A DNA stretch of 64,000 nt, from NCBI GenBank assembly GCA_965207225.1, contig CBDBLV010000005.1, forward strand, positions 960,001 through 1,024,000, written 5' to 3'. Under the pieces are notes generated by a model. That model worked only from the letters and a program-made list of their open reading frames with translations. It searched no databases and had not been told where the DNA came from. The position numbers and the translations under genes are program-made. Shown piece by piece: positions 48,904 to 59,715 of this stretch. The stretch is from Dehalococcoidia bacterium (lineage in GTDB: Bacteria > Chloroflexota > Dehalococcoidia > Plut-88900). The number at the start of each line of letters is the position of its first letter. Position 1 is the first letter of the stretch.

Positions 48904-50967
48904 CTAGCCGTCCTTCTTCTGGACCTGTTCCACGATCTTCTGGGTAAGGTGGGCGGGCACCTCTTCGTAGCGTACGAATTCCGTGGCGTAGGCCCCCCGG
49001 CCCTGGGTAATCGACCTCAGGTCGACGGCATAGCGGACTATCTCCGCCTGGGGTACCTCAGCCTCGATGACAGTCCTGCCGTTCTGGGGCTCCATGCCCA
49101 GCACCCGACCCCTCTTGGTGTTGAGGTCACCTATGATGTCGCCGGTGTAGGTGTCGGGCACAGTAACTTTCATGTGCATGACCGGTTCCAGGAGAGCGGG
49201 GTTGCCCTGGTTGGCCCCCTTTTTGAAGGCCTGGACTGCAGCTATCTTGAAGGACATATCGGATGAGTCAACGGGATGCGAGCTGCCGTCGTAGAGGGTT
49301 ACCTTGACGTCGACCATCGGGAAGTCAGTGAGCACTCCACCCTGCGCGGCTTCCATAACACCCTTTTCGACCGCCGGGATGTAGTTCTTCGGCACGTTCC
49401 CCCCGACCACCTTCTGAGCGAACTCTATTCCCGAGCCCGGGGCCGTGGGCTCCATTTCAATCATGACGTGGCCGTACTGCCCGTGCCCCCCGGTCTGCTT
49501 CTTGTGCTTGTACTCGGCTTTTGTCGCCATGGTGATGGTCTCTTTGTACGGGATCCGGGGAATCTCCGTCACCACCTCCACCGAAAACTTTCTGTTCAAC
49601 TTTTGTAGTGTCGTGTCTATGTGGGCCTCTCCCATGCCCCAAAGCAGCATCTCCCCGGTGTCCGGGTGGGTCTCCAGCTTCAGTGTCGGGTCTTCCTCAA
49701 CGAGTCGGGTAAGGGAGGAACCCAGCTTGTCGATGTCCGACTTGGACTTGGCTGTCACCGCTACCGATAGAGGGGCTAGCGGGAAGTCGATGCCACCCAG
49801 GTCCAGCGGACGATCCCGATCGCAGAGGGTGTCTCCGCTGCTCGTGGCGGACAGCTTGGCCACTGCACCAATGTCACCGGTCACGACCTGCGGTACGTTC
49901 TCCTGGGACTTTCCCCGGGCCATGAACAGCTGGCTGACCTTCTCCGCCGAACTCTTTGTCGCATTCCAGACTTGGGAGTCGCTGTGGAGGGTGTTAGAGT
50001 AGACGCGGAAGTAGGAGAGCTTACCAACGAAAGGGTCGGCGGAAGTCTTGAAAACGGATGCAGCCAGGGGGCCGGTGGGGTCGCCGTCAAGGGTGATGTT
50101 CTCTTCCGAGACCAGGTCCTTAGCATCCACGCCGCCATTGGTGTCGGGCGCGGGCATGTATACGCTGATGCTGTCCATCACCCCCTGAACGCAGGTGTTT
50201 GTGAGGGCTGATGCGGCCACAACCGGAACTATCGATCCGGATTTGACCCCTTCCGCGAGGCCATTCAGCAACTCCTCTTCCGTTAGTTCCTCGCCTTCAA
50301 GGAATTTCATGGTGAGTTCGTCATCGGACTCGGCTATGGTCTCTGCGAGGGCATCCCTGAGTTCTTGCGCCTGGTCGGATAGTTCACTAGGGATTTCGAT
50401 GTCCTGGCCGTCGGGGCCTTGTGCCCTCATGCTAATGAGGTCTATCACACCCCCGAAGTCGGACTCCGCTCCGATGGGGAGCTGGATAGCGACGCATTTC
50501 CTGCCGAACCGGTCGCGGAGAGAATCGATGACGCCAATGAAATTAGCGTTCTCCCGGTCCATCTTGTTGAGAAGGATCATCGTTGGAAGCCCCCGGCCGG
50601 TGACCTCCGCCCACATAAGCTCCGTCCCGACCTCTATCCCTGAAGCTGCGCAGATAACAAGCAGGGCGGAGTCGGCGACTTTGAGGGCGGCGATTACCTC
50701 GCCAATGAAGTCGGCGTAGCCCGGAGTGTCTATAAGGTTGACCTTGGTGTCTTTCCATTCGATGGGGAGGATGGACAGTTGGACGCTTCCGCTACGACGA
50801 ACTTCCTCGGGTTCGTAGTCGGAGGTGGTATTTCCGTCCTCCACTTTGCCGAGTCGGGTCACGTGGCCCGCGTTGAACAGCATGGCCTCAGAAAGGGAAG
50901 TCTTGCCTGCCCCGCTGTGGGACAGCAACACGACATTTCTGATTGCCTCGGTCTTGTAGGTCTGCAT
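48904..50967 (-). CDS. Elongation factor G-like protein (EF-G2 paralog)
   Basis: [42 protein letters not shown]; switch I RSGSV instead of RGITI. Confidence 0.93.
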   Translation of the reverse strand: MQTYKTEAIRNVVLLSHSGAGKTSLSEAMLFNAGHVTRLGKVEDGNTTSDYEPEEVRRSGSVQLSILPIEWKDTKVNLIDTPGYADFIGEVIAALKVADSALLVICAASGIEVGTELMWAEVTGRGLPTMILLNKMDRENANFIGVIDSLRDRFGRKCVAIQLPIGAESDFGGVIDLISMRAQGPDGQDIEIPSELSDQAQELRDALAETIAESDDELTMKFLEGEELTEEELLNGLAEGVKSGSIVPVVAASALTNTCVQGVMDSISVYMPAPDTNGGVDAKDLVSEENITLDGDPTGPLAASVFKTSADPFVGKLSYFRVYSNTLHSDSQVWNATKSSAEKVSQLFMARGKSQENVPQVVTGDIGAVAKLSATSSGDTLCDRDRPLDLGGIDFPLAPLSVAVTAKSKSDIDKLGSSLTRLVEEDPTLKLETHPDTGEMLLWGMGEAHIDTTLQKLNRKFSVEVVTEIPRIPYKETITMATKAEYKHKKQTGGHGQYGHVMIEMEPTAPGSGIEFAQKVVGGNVPKNYIPAVEKGVMEAAQGGVLTDFPMVDVKVTLYDGSSHPVDSSDMSFKIAAVQAFKKGANQGNPALLEPVMHMKVTVPDTYTGDIIGDLNTKRGRVLGMEPQNGRTVIEAEVPQAEIVRYAVDLRSITQGRGAYATEFVRYEEVPAHLTQKIVEQVQKKDG

Positions 50968-51120
50968 ACCTTGAAGGCCTCCCCCGTGCCTGTGAATACT
51001 TGCCATTGTAGGTAAAGCTCCCCACCCCTGCAACAACTCAGCACCCATTCCCATCCAAGAACGTTCCACAGGGGGAATGCTATCCTGAACGTATAGCCTC
51101 TTTACTCTCCATTTCCACCT

Positions 51121-52404
51121 ATGTTCAGCGACCTTCTAAAATCTGAATTACCCCCCCGCCTGTTGAAGCCCGCATGGGCCTCCTTGCTACTTGCTGCTCT
51201 CTTCTACCTGGCGCTCTTCATACCCTCGTCTCCCCAGCCCCGAGACGACATTGGCATCGTCATTCACGGGCACGACCACGACCTCATCGGCTGGGAAGTG
51301 CGCAACTTCTTCGACAAGTGGCTCTCCCGTGGGGCGTCGTTATTCAGCGACGATCCAACGGAGGAGGAGACCATTGCCGACGTGCGGGAGTATGCCCGAC
51401 TGACGGGCGAGATAGGTCGGATTAACGGGGAGATAAACCGAGCCGTTAGCCTGGGTGAACCGGTATCGAGCCTTGAAGAGGAGCGGGCGGATTTGGTTGA
51501 TCGGAGAGACAGGCTCGAGGCGCGGGTGGAGGAGCTGATAGAAGCGCAGATAAGCGGCATCCTGGCTGAGGAGGGCCTGACTTGGCGGGTCCATTTCCTT
51601 GGCGCCGATGGCTACCTGTTCCCACCCGTCGACTTCAAGTACGAAGACTCGCCGCCGGTATTGGTGATCTCGCCGCGGGAACGGATCGAACTGGAGTCGA
51701 CCAGGCTCCTGACTCCCGGTTTGGGTGTTGGTGAAAGGCAGGCCATTGAAGAGGACGTTGAAGTGCTGGATAGCGATTACTCCGCTCTCGTGGTCGATAC
51801 CGGGGGCGTGGCAACTTTCCCTGCCGTGGTGGGCGCTTCCGCCAATCTCCAATATACGCTCCGAACCGTCGCACATGAATGGGTCCACCACTACTTAATT
51901 TTCTATCCCCTGGGGCGCAACTACTGGGATTCGGGAGAGATGGTGACTATCAATGAGACAGTAGCGGACATCGCCGGTGATGAGATTGGCGATGTCGTTT
52001 ATGATAGGCACTACGCCGACAATAGCCGCACTTCTACAACCCCTCGTCAGGAATCCCCTCCAGCGCCCACCCCCGAACCCCCCGTATTCAGCTTCAACCG
52101 AGAGATGCGGGACACCCGACTGGAGGCTGACCGCCTGTTGGCTCAGGGCCTGGTGGAGGACGCAGAGGCGTACATGGAGCAACGGCGGCTGCTATTCGCT
52201 GAAAACGGCTATTTCCTCCGCAAACTTAACCAGGCATATTTTGCGTTCCACGGTTCTTACGCCGACCGTCCGACCGCCGTAAGTCCCATCGGTGGCCAGG
52301 TGAAGCAGGTGAGGGAGCAGAGCGCTTCCCTCAAGGATTTTTTGGAAACCATGGCCCGGGTCTCCAGCCATGAGGACTTGCTGAGGCTAGTGGGGGCTGA
52401 ATAA
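51121..52404 (+). CDS. Membrane-anchored putative Zn metallopeptidase (gluzincin-like)
   Basis: N-terminal TM helix; AHEWVHH followed by INETVAD third ligand. Confidence 0.65.
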   Translation: MFSDLLKSELPPRLLKPAWASLLLAALFYLALFIPSSPQPRDDIGIVIHGHDHDLIGWEVRNFFDKWLSRGASLFSDDPTEEETIADVREYARLTGEIGRINGEINRAVSLGEPVSSLEEERADLVDRRDRLEARVEELIEAQISGILAEEGLTWRVHFLGADGYLFPPVDFKYEDSPPVLVISPRERIELESTRLLTPGLGVGERQAIEEDVEVLDSDYSALVVDTGGVATFPAVVGASANLQYTLRTVAHEWVHHYLIFYPLGRNYWDSGEMVTINETVADIAGDEIGDVVYDRHYADNSRTSTTPRQESPPAPTPEPPVFSFNREMRDTRLEADRLLAQGLVEDAEAYMEQRRLLFAENGYFLRKLNQAYFAFHGSYADRPTAVSPIGGQVKQVREQSASLKDFLETMARVSSHEDLLRLVGAE

Positions 52405-52494
52405 ACGACAGCGGCCCATTCGAATGCGGCTGTAGTAAACTCTCTAGGCCGTTGATTGGGCGGCATAAGTGCAGGCTTCCCGAAGGAGGATAAA

Positions 52495-53643
52495 TTGGCT
52501 GGGCCGTTAGAAGGTGTGAAAGTACTCGACCTAACCAGGGTGCTGGCAGGTCCCTACGCCACCATGGTCCTTGCCGATCTCGGAGCCGAGGTCATTAAGG
52601 TGGAGCGCCCCGAGGGCGGAGACATGGCCCGGGGCACGGGGCCCTTCGTAAACGGACAGAGCTCCTACTTCATGAGTATCAACCGGGGCAAGAAGAGCGT
52701 AATCATCGACCTGAAAGATGAGGCTGGCAAGGAAACGTTCCTCGAAATCCTCGGCCACTTCGACGTACTGGTGGAGAACTTCGTGCCGGGCGTGATGAAG
52801 CGCTTGGGACTGGACTACGACGTGCTACGCGAACGCCATCCGAGTCTGATCTATGCTGCGGTCTCGGGTTTCGGGCAGTTTGGGCCGTATACAAAGCGCC
52901 CGGCCCTCGACATCATAGTGCAGGCGATGGGCGGCATGCTCAGTATCACCGGCGAGCCGGGGCGGCCTCCAGTCAGACCGGGCTCGTCATTGGGGGACAT
53001 CACGGCCGGGCTCTTCACCACCATTGGCATCCTTTCGGCGCTTCACGAAAGGCAACAAAGCGGCATGGGGCAGATGATTGATGTATCGATGCTCGACTGC
53101 CAGCTGGCCGTGCTGGAAAATGCATTCGCTCGGTACTTTGCGACTGGCGAGGTGCCCGGGCCAATTGGGACCCGGCACCCAGTTACCACGCCCTTCCAGG
53201 TATATGAGACCAGTGACGGCTATGTGACTGTCGCCTTCGTCGGAGGGGCCAAGGACCAGTGGCCAATGTTCTGCGCCCTCCTGGACAGGGTAGACCTGAT
53301 CGATGACGAGCGATTTACCACTAGCTGGAACCGAACGCTCAACTACGACGAACTTAACCCGATAATAGAGGAAGGGATGCGGAAGAAGTCCACCGCGCAG
53401 TGGCTGGAAGAGCTCACCGAGGGGGGAATCCCCTGCGGCCCCGTCAACAACATAGCCGACATAGTCGCAGATGAGCATATCCGCACCCGAGGGATGATTA
53501 TCGATGTTCCCCACCCGGAATCGGGAACCGTCAAGATGGTGAACACACCCATCCGCTTTTCCCGCACGGTGGCAGAAGTTGATGGTGCGGCGCCGCTTCA
53601 TGGGGGCAACACCGATGAGGTACTACGCTCCATCCTAGGATAG
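52495..53643 (+). CDS. Family III CoA-transferase (CaiB/BaiF)
   Basis: PLEGVKVLDLTRVLAGP, LADLGAEVIKVE, NRGKKS, VENF.PG; TTG start after AGGAGG. Confidence 0.93.
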   Translation: MAGPLEGVKVLDLTRVLAGPYATMVLADLGAEVIKVERPEGGDMARGTGPFVNGQSSYFMSINRGKKSVIIDLKDEAGKETFLEILGHFDVLVENFVPGVMKRLGLDYDVLRERHPSLIYAAVSGFGQFGPYTKRPALDIIVQAMGGMLSITGEPGRPPVRPGSSLGDITAGLFTTIGILSALHERQQSGMGQMIDVSMLDCQLAVLENAFARYFATGEVPGPIGTRHPVTTPFQVYETSDGYVTVAFVGGAKDQWPMFCALLDRVDLIDDERFTTSWNRTLNYDELNPIIEEGMRKKSTAQWLEELTEGGIPCGPVNNIADIVADEHIRTRGMIIDVPHPESGTVKMVNTPIRFSRTVAEVDGAAPLHGGNTDEVLRSILG

Positions 53644-53660
53644 GGAGCGTCGGGATTCGA

Positions 53661-53690
53661 TTGACACTAAAATTTTCAGTGGGCTAGAAT
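53661..53690 (+). promoter_or_regulatory. Sigma70-type promoter of DUF151 gene
   Basis: TTGACA-18 nt-TAGAAT. Confidence 0.6.
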
Positions 53691-53722
53691 GGACTCATAG
53701 CCCCCGATGCCAGAGCTTTACC

Positions 53723-54274
53723 ATGCTTGAAGTTACCATCGAAAGCATCCGCGTCAGCCTGATGAATTATCAGCGGGTGGTCATCCTCAAGGAGAAAGAG
53801 GCCGACCGCTACCTTCCGATATGGATCGGCCCCGCCGAGGCCGACGCCATAGCCGTAAAGCTCCAGGACGTTTCCGTGCCGAGGCCGTTGACCCATGATT
53901 TGCTACAGTCGGTAATAGGGGATCTGGGCGCAGCGGTAAACTCCATCGTGGTGTCTGACCTGAACAACGAGACTTTCTTTGCCAAGATCCTATTGGAGAG
54001 CAATGGGAAGACGGTTGAGGTGGACTCCCGGCCCAGCGACGCCCTTGCCCTTGCCGTACGAGTAAAGGCTCCTATATTCGTAGAGGAAATTGTGCTGGAA
54101 AAGGCCGGTGTCATCCTGGACAAGGAGACGGGCAAGCCGATCATCGCCGGGGAAGGCTCGGACGTTAAGCCGCCCGATGAGGAAGAATTGAAACGACTCT
54201 CGGCGTTCCAGGATTTTGTGGACAGCCTGGACCTGGAAGACTTTGGCAAGAAGAAGGCTTCTGGGTCGGAATAG
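53723..54274 (+). CDS. Bifunctional nuclease family protein (DUF151)
   Basis: LPIWIGPAEA, PRPLTHDL, DSRPSDALALA. Confidence 0.93.
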   Translation: MLEVTIESIRVSLMNYQRVVILKEKEADRYLPIWIGPAEADAIAVKLQDVSVPRPLTHDLLQSVIGDLGAAVNSIVVSDLNNETFFAKILLESNGKTVEVDSRPSDALALAVRVKAPIFVEEIVLEKAGVILDKETGKPIIAGEGSDVKPPDEEELKRLSAFQDFVDSLDLEDFGKKKASGSE

Positions 54275-54343
54275 TCTTAGTCTGCCTTAACACACCAACT
54301 CTCTGGCATCTTATTGAATTTAAGGTGTCTTTTACTAAATAGA

Positions 54344-55036
54344 TTAAACAGGCTCTCCCGTATAAAAGGCCGTCGTTCGCTTTCCAGCGATGCGTGCCTT
54401 TTCGGGGTTCTCTCCGGCGTCGATTGCCGCCCGTACCCAACCGTCGCTACTTCCGGTGATGAAGGAGCGTCCGTCCCGTGAAGTTGCAAATCCCATATCG
54501 TCGGGCTTTGGGGCGTCCGGGTCAGCTATGTGAAGCGCCAGTCCAAGAAATGCCATCTCCCACCCCACCCCCACCGCCCCGGCCCCGTATTCGTCCCAGT
54601 GCGGCGAAAGCAGCGCTGTATGCCTAAGGGTTAGGCGGGGCTCATTCCCTTCCTTCGAGACTCGTGCCTCCACCCAACTCACGTCTACTGCGAATTCCCA
54701 GGTCAGTATGAAGTGGGATAGCTTTTCGCACTCCGTTATCGTACCGCTGGCGTTGCCTTCTATGGCGTATTGTCGCCCGGATTCCAGTGTGCCGGATACC
54801 GGGGCGAACCATCGCGGGATGCGCTCAAAGTTGGTCAGTGCGTCCCAAAGGTCTTCGGGAGTAGTCGGGTAGGTGCGGGAGAGGGTTACAACGCTGGCGG
54901 GTCGGGAATCCTTTTCCAGGAAGGCCACTGACCTTGCTAAGGCTGCGAGGTTGCTTTCTGCGTTAAATTCCATTGTTCCCATCTTCCGTTCAGCTACGAC
55001 ATATCCGGATCGACGCTCTATTGCGTACTCATTCAT
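54344..55036 (-). CDS. SRPBCC/AHSA1 family protein
   Basis: LWDALT..ERIPRWF.PVSG, EGNASGTI..C, GAGAVGVGWE. Confidence 0.85.
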   Translation of the reverse strand: MNEYAIERRSGYVVAERKMGTMEFNAESNLAALARSVAFLEKDSRPASVVTLSRTYPTTPEDLWDALTNFERIPRWFAPVSGTLESGRQYAIEGNASGTITECEKLSHFILTWEFAVDVSWVEARVSKEGNEPRLTLRHTALLSPHWDEYGAGAVGVGWEMAFLGLALHIADPDAPKPDDMGFATSRDGRSFITGSSDGWVRAAIDAGENPEKARIAGKRTTAFYTGEPV

Positions 55037-55149
55037 TGGATTACAGCAATTTACCGACCGTCAACCCTCCGGATGTCCTGACGATGGGAGCGAGGGTATA
55101 GGCGTTAACGAAAAATTCGCGGTCTCCGTCACTTCCACCCCAAGTACCT

Positions 55150-55167
55150 TTGTGATATAATGCACGA
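55150..55167 (+). promoter_or_regulatory. atp operon extended -10 (TGATATAAT) overlapped by Rex-like box
   Basis: TTGTGAT-ATAA-TGCACGA vs Rex consensus TTGTGAA-N4-TTCACAA. Confidence 0.55.
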
Positions 55168-55185
55168 CCGGAGCGGGAGGGGGTC

Positions 55186-55419
55186 TTGGATAGAAGGCAG
55201 TGGCTGGATATTTTCCGCCTTTTGGGCTTGGGTTGGTACGTAGTCACGGCCATCGGGGTGGGGGTTGCCGCCGGGATTTTCATAGACCGGTGGGCCGACA
55301 CCGCACCTATCCTGACCTTGGTAGGACTGGGACTGGGCATACTGGCGGCGTTTTGGGGTATGCTCCGGATGGTCTCCCCCCTGCTTAAGAGAAATATCGA
55401 CCGCAAGGAAGACCGTTAG
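55186..55419 (+). CDS. AtpZ/AtpI family (ATPase gene 1) protein
   Basis: G...D.W..T.P...L.G..LG pattern; first gene of atp operon. Confidence 0.85.
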   Translation: MDRRQWLDIFRLLGLGWYVVTAIGVGVAAGIFIDRWADTAPILTLVGLGLGILAAFWGMLRMVSPLLKRNIDRKEDR

Positions 55420-56705
55420 TGGGACTGTTTCGCAGACCAAAGTTCCTCCTGGCCATCGGCCTGGTAATCGTTTCTCTAGTCGTCAGTCACACCATCCTCC
55501 GCTTCCCCTTCCCCTTCATCTCCATCAAGCCTGAGAACCTGGGCAAAGAACTCATCCCCCTCGGCCCCATCGGCGACTTCAACCTCACCAACACCATTTT
55601 TTCGTCCTGGGTCGCTATCGCGATCATCTTCATCCTCGCCTACTTCACCACCCGTAAGCTGGGCATGGTCCCGAGGGGCCTCCAGAATTTCGTCGAAGCC
55701 GTCCTTTCTTGGCTCCTGGGCCTAGTAGACTCCATAGCCGGACCAAAGGGCCGACGCTTCTTCCCTCTCGTAGCCACCATCTTCATCTTCGTAATCGTCA
55801 ACAACTGGATGAGCCTGCTGCCGGGATTCGCCACCGTCGGAAAGATTGAATCAGCTGAAGAGGTTGTCCATCACGTCATAGAGGAGAAGGCGGAGGAAGC
55901 CGAGCCTCACCTGACCCTGATCGAGGCAGAACACGAGCTTGAAGTCTTCCTGGATTGGGATGAGGCCGAGAGAGCCGAGGCGCCCACCGAGCACGTCGGC
56001 AAGCAGATCTACACGGCACTCGAGGGCAGGGAACTCCACATTTGGGATGAGGTGGGGACATTCCGGGTCATGCCTTTTGCCATGCATGAGCAGAGCATGT
56101 CCGGAGCGGAATACGCAGAGGAATACATCAAATTCGACGAGAAGGGACACATAGATTTCATCGTGCCAGAAGGTCGGGAAGGACAGACGGTAGGACTGCT
56201 GATTCCATTTTTCAGGAATGCCAACACGGGCCTTAACACCACCCTCGCCATTGCATTGATAGCCATGTTCTTCGTGGAGTTCTGGGGAATCCGGTCGCTG
56301 GGCCTTTTCCGGTACGCCGGAAAATTCCTGAACTTCAGCGGATTCAAGAGGGGCATCACCACCGGCTTCATAGACTTCTTCGTCGGGATTCTGGAAGGCA
56401 TAAGCGAAATCGCCAGGGTCATCAGCTTCACCTTCCGACTCTTCGGCAACATGTTCGCTGGCGAAATCCTCCTATTCGTAATGATGTTCCTCATACCCCT
56501 GGCCCTGGTGGTGCCCTTCTACGGGCTGGAGCTCTTCGTAGGGTTCATCCAGGCCACAATCTTCGCAGTGCTCACCCTGATGTTCGCTGCAATAGCCGTT
56601 ACCGCCCATGGAGACCACGGTGACCACGAGGAGCATTCCGAGGAAGGGGCCCACTCAGAGGCCGAGGCCCCCGCAGTAGAAGAAGCAACGGAAACCACCC
56701 GTTAA
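55419..56705 (+). CDS. atpB: ATP synthase F0 subunit a with large loop insertion
   Basis: PRGLQN, NNWMSLLPG, SFTFRLFGNMFAG (essential Arg), LELFVGFIQA; 428 aa. Confidence 0.95.
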   Translation: MGLFRRPKFLLAIGLVIVSLVVSHTILRFPFPFISIKPENLGKELIPLGPIGDFNLTNTIFSSWVAIAIIFILAYFTTRKLGMVPRGLQNFVEAVLSWLLGLVDSIAGPKGRRFFPLVATIFIFVIVNNWMSLLPGFATVGKIESAEEVVHHVIEEKAEEAEPHLTLIEAEHELEVFLDWDEAERAEAPTEHVGKQIYTALEGRELHIWDEVGTFRVMPFAMHEQSMSGAEYAEEYIKFDEKGHIDFIVPEGREGQTVGLLIPFFRNANTGLNTTLAIALIAMFFVEFWGIRSLGLFRYAGKFLNFSGFKRGITTGFIDFFVGILEGISEIARVISFTFRLFGNMFAGEILLFVMMFLIPLALVVPFYGLELFVGFIQATIFAVLTLMFAAIAVTAHGDHGDHEEHSEEGAHSEAEAPAVEEATETTR

Positions 56706-57041
<336 letters not shown>

Positions 57042-57077
57042 CGGCGGTCAAGGACTTACTTCCGAAAGGAGAGGCCA

Positions 57078-57584
57078 TTGGGAGAGCTGGGAATCAACCT
57101 GCCTGGGCTTCTGGTGCAAATCATCAACGTAGCCCTGGTTCTGATAATCCTGCGCCTGGTCCTCTATAAACCCATCCTTAGGCTGCTGGAACGGCGTTCA
57201 TCGAGCATCAAGGAGAGCTTGGAAGCCGCAGAGGCCGCCAAGGCCGAGTCCGCTCGCAGTGAAGAAGAGGTCCGCAAGACCTTGGTCGAAGCTCGACAGG
57301 AAGGCCAGCGGCTCATCGGTCAGGCTTCAGAGATGGGCGAACGCTTGAAAGAGGAAGCTCGCGAGGACGCCAAGAAGGAAGGCGAAGCCATGATCGAGCG
57401 GGCCCGCAGCGAGATCGCTCGGGAACGCGACGATGCCGTCGAGCAGGTCCGCAAGGAGTTCGCCGGGCTGGCCATCACCGCTGCCGAGAAGGTCATAAAC
57501 TCGGAGCTCGACGAAGACCGGCACCGCAAGCTGATAGACGACGTCCTGGAGGAGAGCGTTTCCTCCCGGAAGGACGGAAACTAG
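57078..57584 (+). CDS. atpF: ATP synthase F0 subunit b
   Basis: N-terminal TM, LYKPI..LL..R, long coiled coil, AAEKVI. Confidence 0.95.
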   Translation: MGELGINLPGLLVQIINVALVLIILRLVLYKPILRLLERRSSSIKESLEAAEAAKAESARSEEEVRKTLVEARQEGQRLIGQASEMGERLKEEAREDAKKEGEAMIERARSEIARERDDAVEQVRKEFAGLAITAAEKVINSELDEDRHRKLIDDVLEESVSSRKDGN

Positions 57585-57588
57585 TCTC

Positions 57589-58128
57589 ATGGCAGCCGGC
57601 TCCTCCGCCCGACGCCACGCTCAGGCAGTCTTCCAGATTGCCCGGGCACAGGACTCGCTAGACAAGTGGCAGGCGGACCTGGACGAGATCGCTTCCGCCC
57701 TCGGTGACGAAGAACTGAGCAGGGTGCTGGAAAGCCCCCGGATAAGGCCCGACCAGAAGCAGGAGTTGGCCGGTCAGCGGCTGGCGGGTCTCGACCCGCT
57801 GGCCCGCAACCTGGCCAGCCTGCTGGTGTCCAAGGGTCGGGTGGCCCTGGCTGGAGACATCGCCGGGGAGTACAGGGCTCTCCTGGACGACCACCGGGGT
57901 GTGGGGGCTGCGGAAGTGATTACTGCCGTGCCCCTGGACTCCCGGGCGGAGAAGCGGATAGTCGACCAGATGTCGAAGGCCACTGGCAAGCGGATAACGC
58001 TGACTTCCAGCGTGGATCCGGATATCGTCGGAGGCATCGTCATCAAGATTGGCGACAGGCTCATAGATGGCAGCACGAGGACGAAGCTCTCGGCGATGAG
58101 AAATTCCCTTGCCGAGCGGCGGATATGA
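57589..58128 (+). CDS. atpH: ATP synthase F1 subunit delta
   Basis: ARRHAQA, VITAVPL, VDPDIVGG, GD.LIDGS. Confidence 0.95.
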   Translation: MAAGSSARRHAQAVFQIARAQDSLDKWQADLDEIASALGDEELSRVLESPRIRPDQKQELAGQRLAGLDPLARNLASLLVSKGRVALAGDIAGEYRALLDDHRGVGAAEVITAVPLDSRAEKRIVDQMSKATGKRITLTSSVDPDIVGGIVIKIGDRLIDGSTRTKLSAMRNSLAERRI

Positions 58129-58188
58129 AGGTTTGAAGCGGACTCGCAAGGGACAGAATAAAATTAGACCGGTTAGAGGTTAGGCGCG

Positions 58189-59697
58189 ATGGTCGGGTCT
58201 CAGGACATAACGTCCATAATCAAACGACAGATAGAAGAGTTCGGGGCGCAGGTCACGATGACAGGCGTCGGTACGGTTGTTGAGGTCGGCGATGGAATCG
58301 CACGGATCCACGGCCTTTCCGGCGTTCAAGCCAACGAACTCGTTACCTTCCCCAGCGGGGTGACGGGCATGGCCCTGAACCTTGAAGAGGACAGCGTAGG
58401 CGCCATCATCCTGGGTGGCTTCACCGACATTAAGGAGGGCGACGAGGTCCGGTCCACGGGCCGCATCGCCGAAGTCCCTGTCGGGGATGCCCTTATCGGG
58501 CGCGTTGTTAACTCTCTCGGGGAGGCTACCGACGGTCGGGGCCCGATTAACACCGATAAGACCAGGCCCGTGGAGCGGGTTGCTCCCAACGTCGTGCTAA
58601 GGAAGTCGGTGGACACCCCCGTCCAGACAGGCATTAAGGCCATAGACTCCATGATTCCCATCGGCCGTGGCCAGCGGGAACTCATAATTGGCGACCGGTC
58701 TACCGGCAAGTCGGCCATTGCCATCGACACCATAATCAACCAGAGGGGCGGAGACCTGGTCTGCATCTACGTGGCCATTGGCCAGAAGGCCTCCAAGGTC
58801 GCCCAGACCGTAGCCATTCTCGAACAGAATGGAGCCTTGGAACACACAGTTGTCGTGGCGGCGAACGCCTCCGACCCCGCCGCCCTCCAGTACCTCGCCC
58901 CCTACGCAGGATGCGCTATCGGCGAGGAATTCATGGAGAACGGCAAGGATGCCCTGATCATCTACGACGACCTCTCCAAGCACGCCTGGGCATACAGGCA
59001 GATCTCGCTTCTCCTGCGCCGACCTCCGGGACGAGAGGCCTACCCCGGAGACGTTTTCTACCTTCACAGCCGCCTCCTCGAAAGAGCGGCCAAGATGGAC
59101 GACTCCGCCGGAGGTGGCTCCCTAACCGCCCTGCCTATAATCGAGACCCAGGCCGGAGACGTATCCGCCTACATTCCCACCAATGTCATATCCATCACCG
59201 ACGGCCAGATTTACCTGGAGACCGACCTCTTCAACGCCGGACAGAGACCGGCGATGAACGTAGGACTATCGGTATCCCGGGTAGGCGGCTCTGCGCAGAG
59301 TCGGGCCATGAAGAAGGTGGCTGGCAGGCTTCGGCTGGACCTGGCCCAATTCCGTGAGCTTGCGGCCTTCGCCCAGTTCGGCACTGCTGACCTGGACGCC
59401 GCAACCAGACGCCAGCTCGAGCGGGGCCAGCGCATCACCGAGATCCTGAAGCAGCCCCAGTACGAACCCGCCTCCCTCGAACAACAGGTCAGCATCATCT
59501 ACGCCGCCATCAGCGGCTTTATGGACGATGTTCCCGTTGCCGACGTCGCCGAGTTCGAGGCCGGGTTCCACAAGTACATGCAGACCAATCACCCGGACAT
59601 AGTCGGCAATATTGCCGAGACTAGTGACCTTGGCGATGATGTAGTGGAGGAACTAAGAAAGGCCATCGACGAATACAAGCAGACTGTAGCGGTCTAA
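58189..59697 (+). CDS. atpA: ATP synthase F1 subunit alpha
   Basis: [38 protein letters not shown]. Confidence 0.98.
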   Translation: MVGSQDITSIIKRQIEEFGAQVTMTGVGTVVEVGDGIARIHGLSGVQANELVTFPSGVTGMALNLEEDSVGAIILGGFTDIKEGDEVRSTGRIAEVPVGDALIGRVVNSLGEATDGRGPINTDKTRPVERVAPNVVLRKSVDTPVQTGIKAIDSMIPIGRGQRELIIGDRSTGKSAIAIDTIINQRGGDLVCIYVAIGQKASKVAQTVAILEQNGALEHTVVVAANASDPAALQYLAPYAGCAIGEEFMENGKDALIIYDDLSKHAWAYRQISLLLRRPPGREAYPGDVFYLHSRLLERAAKMDDSAGGGSLTALPIIETQAGDVSAYIPTNVISITDGQIYLETDLFNAGQRPAMNVGLSVSRVGGSAQSRAMKKVAGRLRLDLAQFRELAAFAQFGTADLDAATRRQLERGQRITEILKQPQYEPASLEQQVSIIYAAISGFMDDVPVADVAEFEAGFHKYMQTNHPDIVGNIAETSDLGDDVVEELRKAIDEYKQTVAV

Positions 59698-59715
59698 GGC
59701 CTACGAGCAAACACT

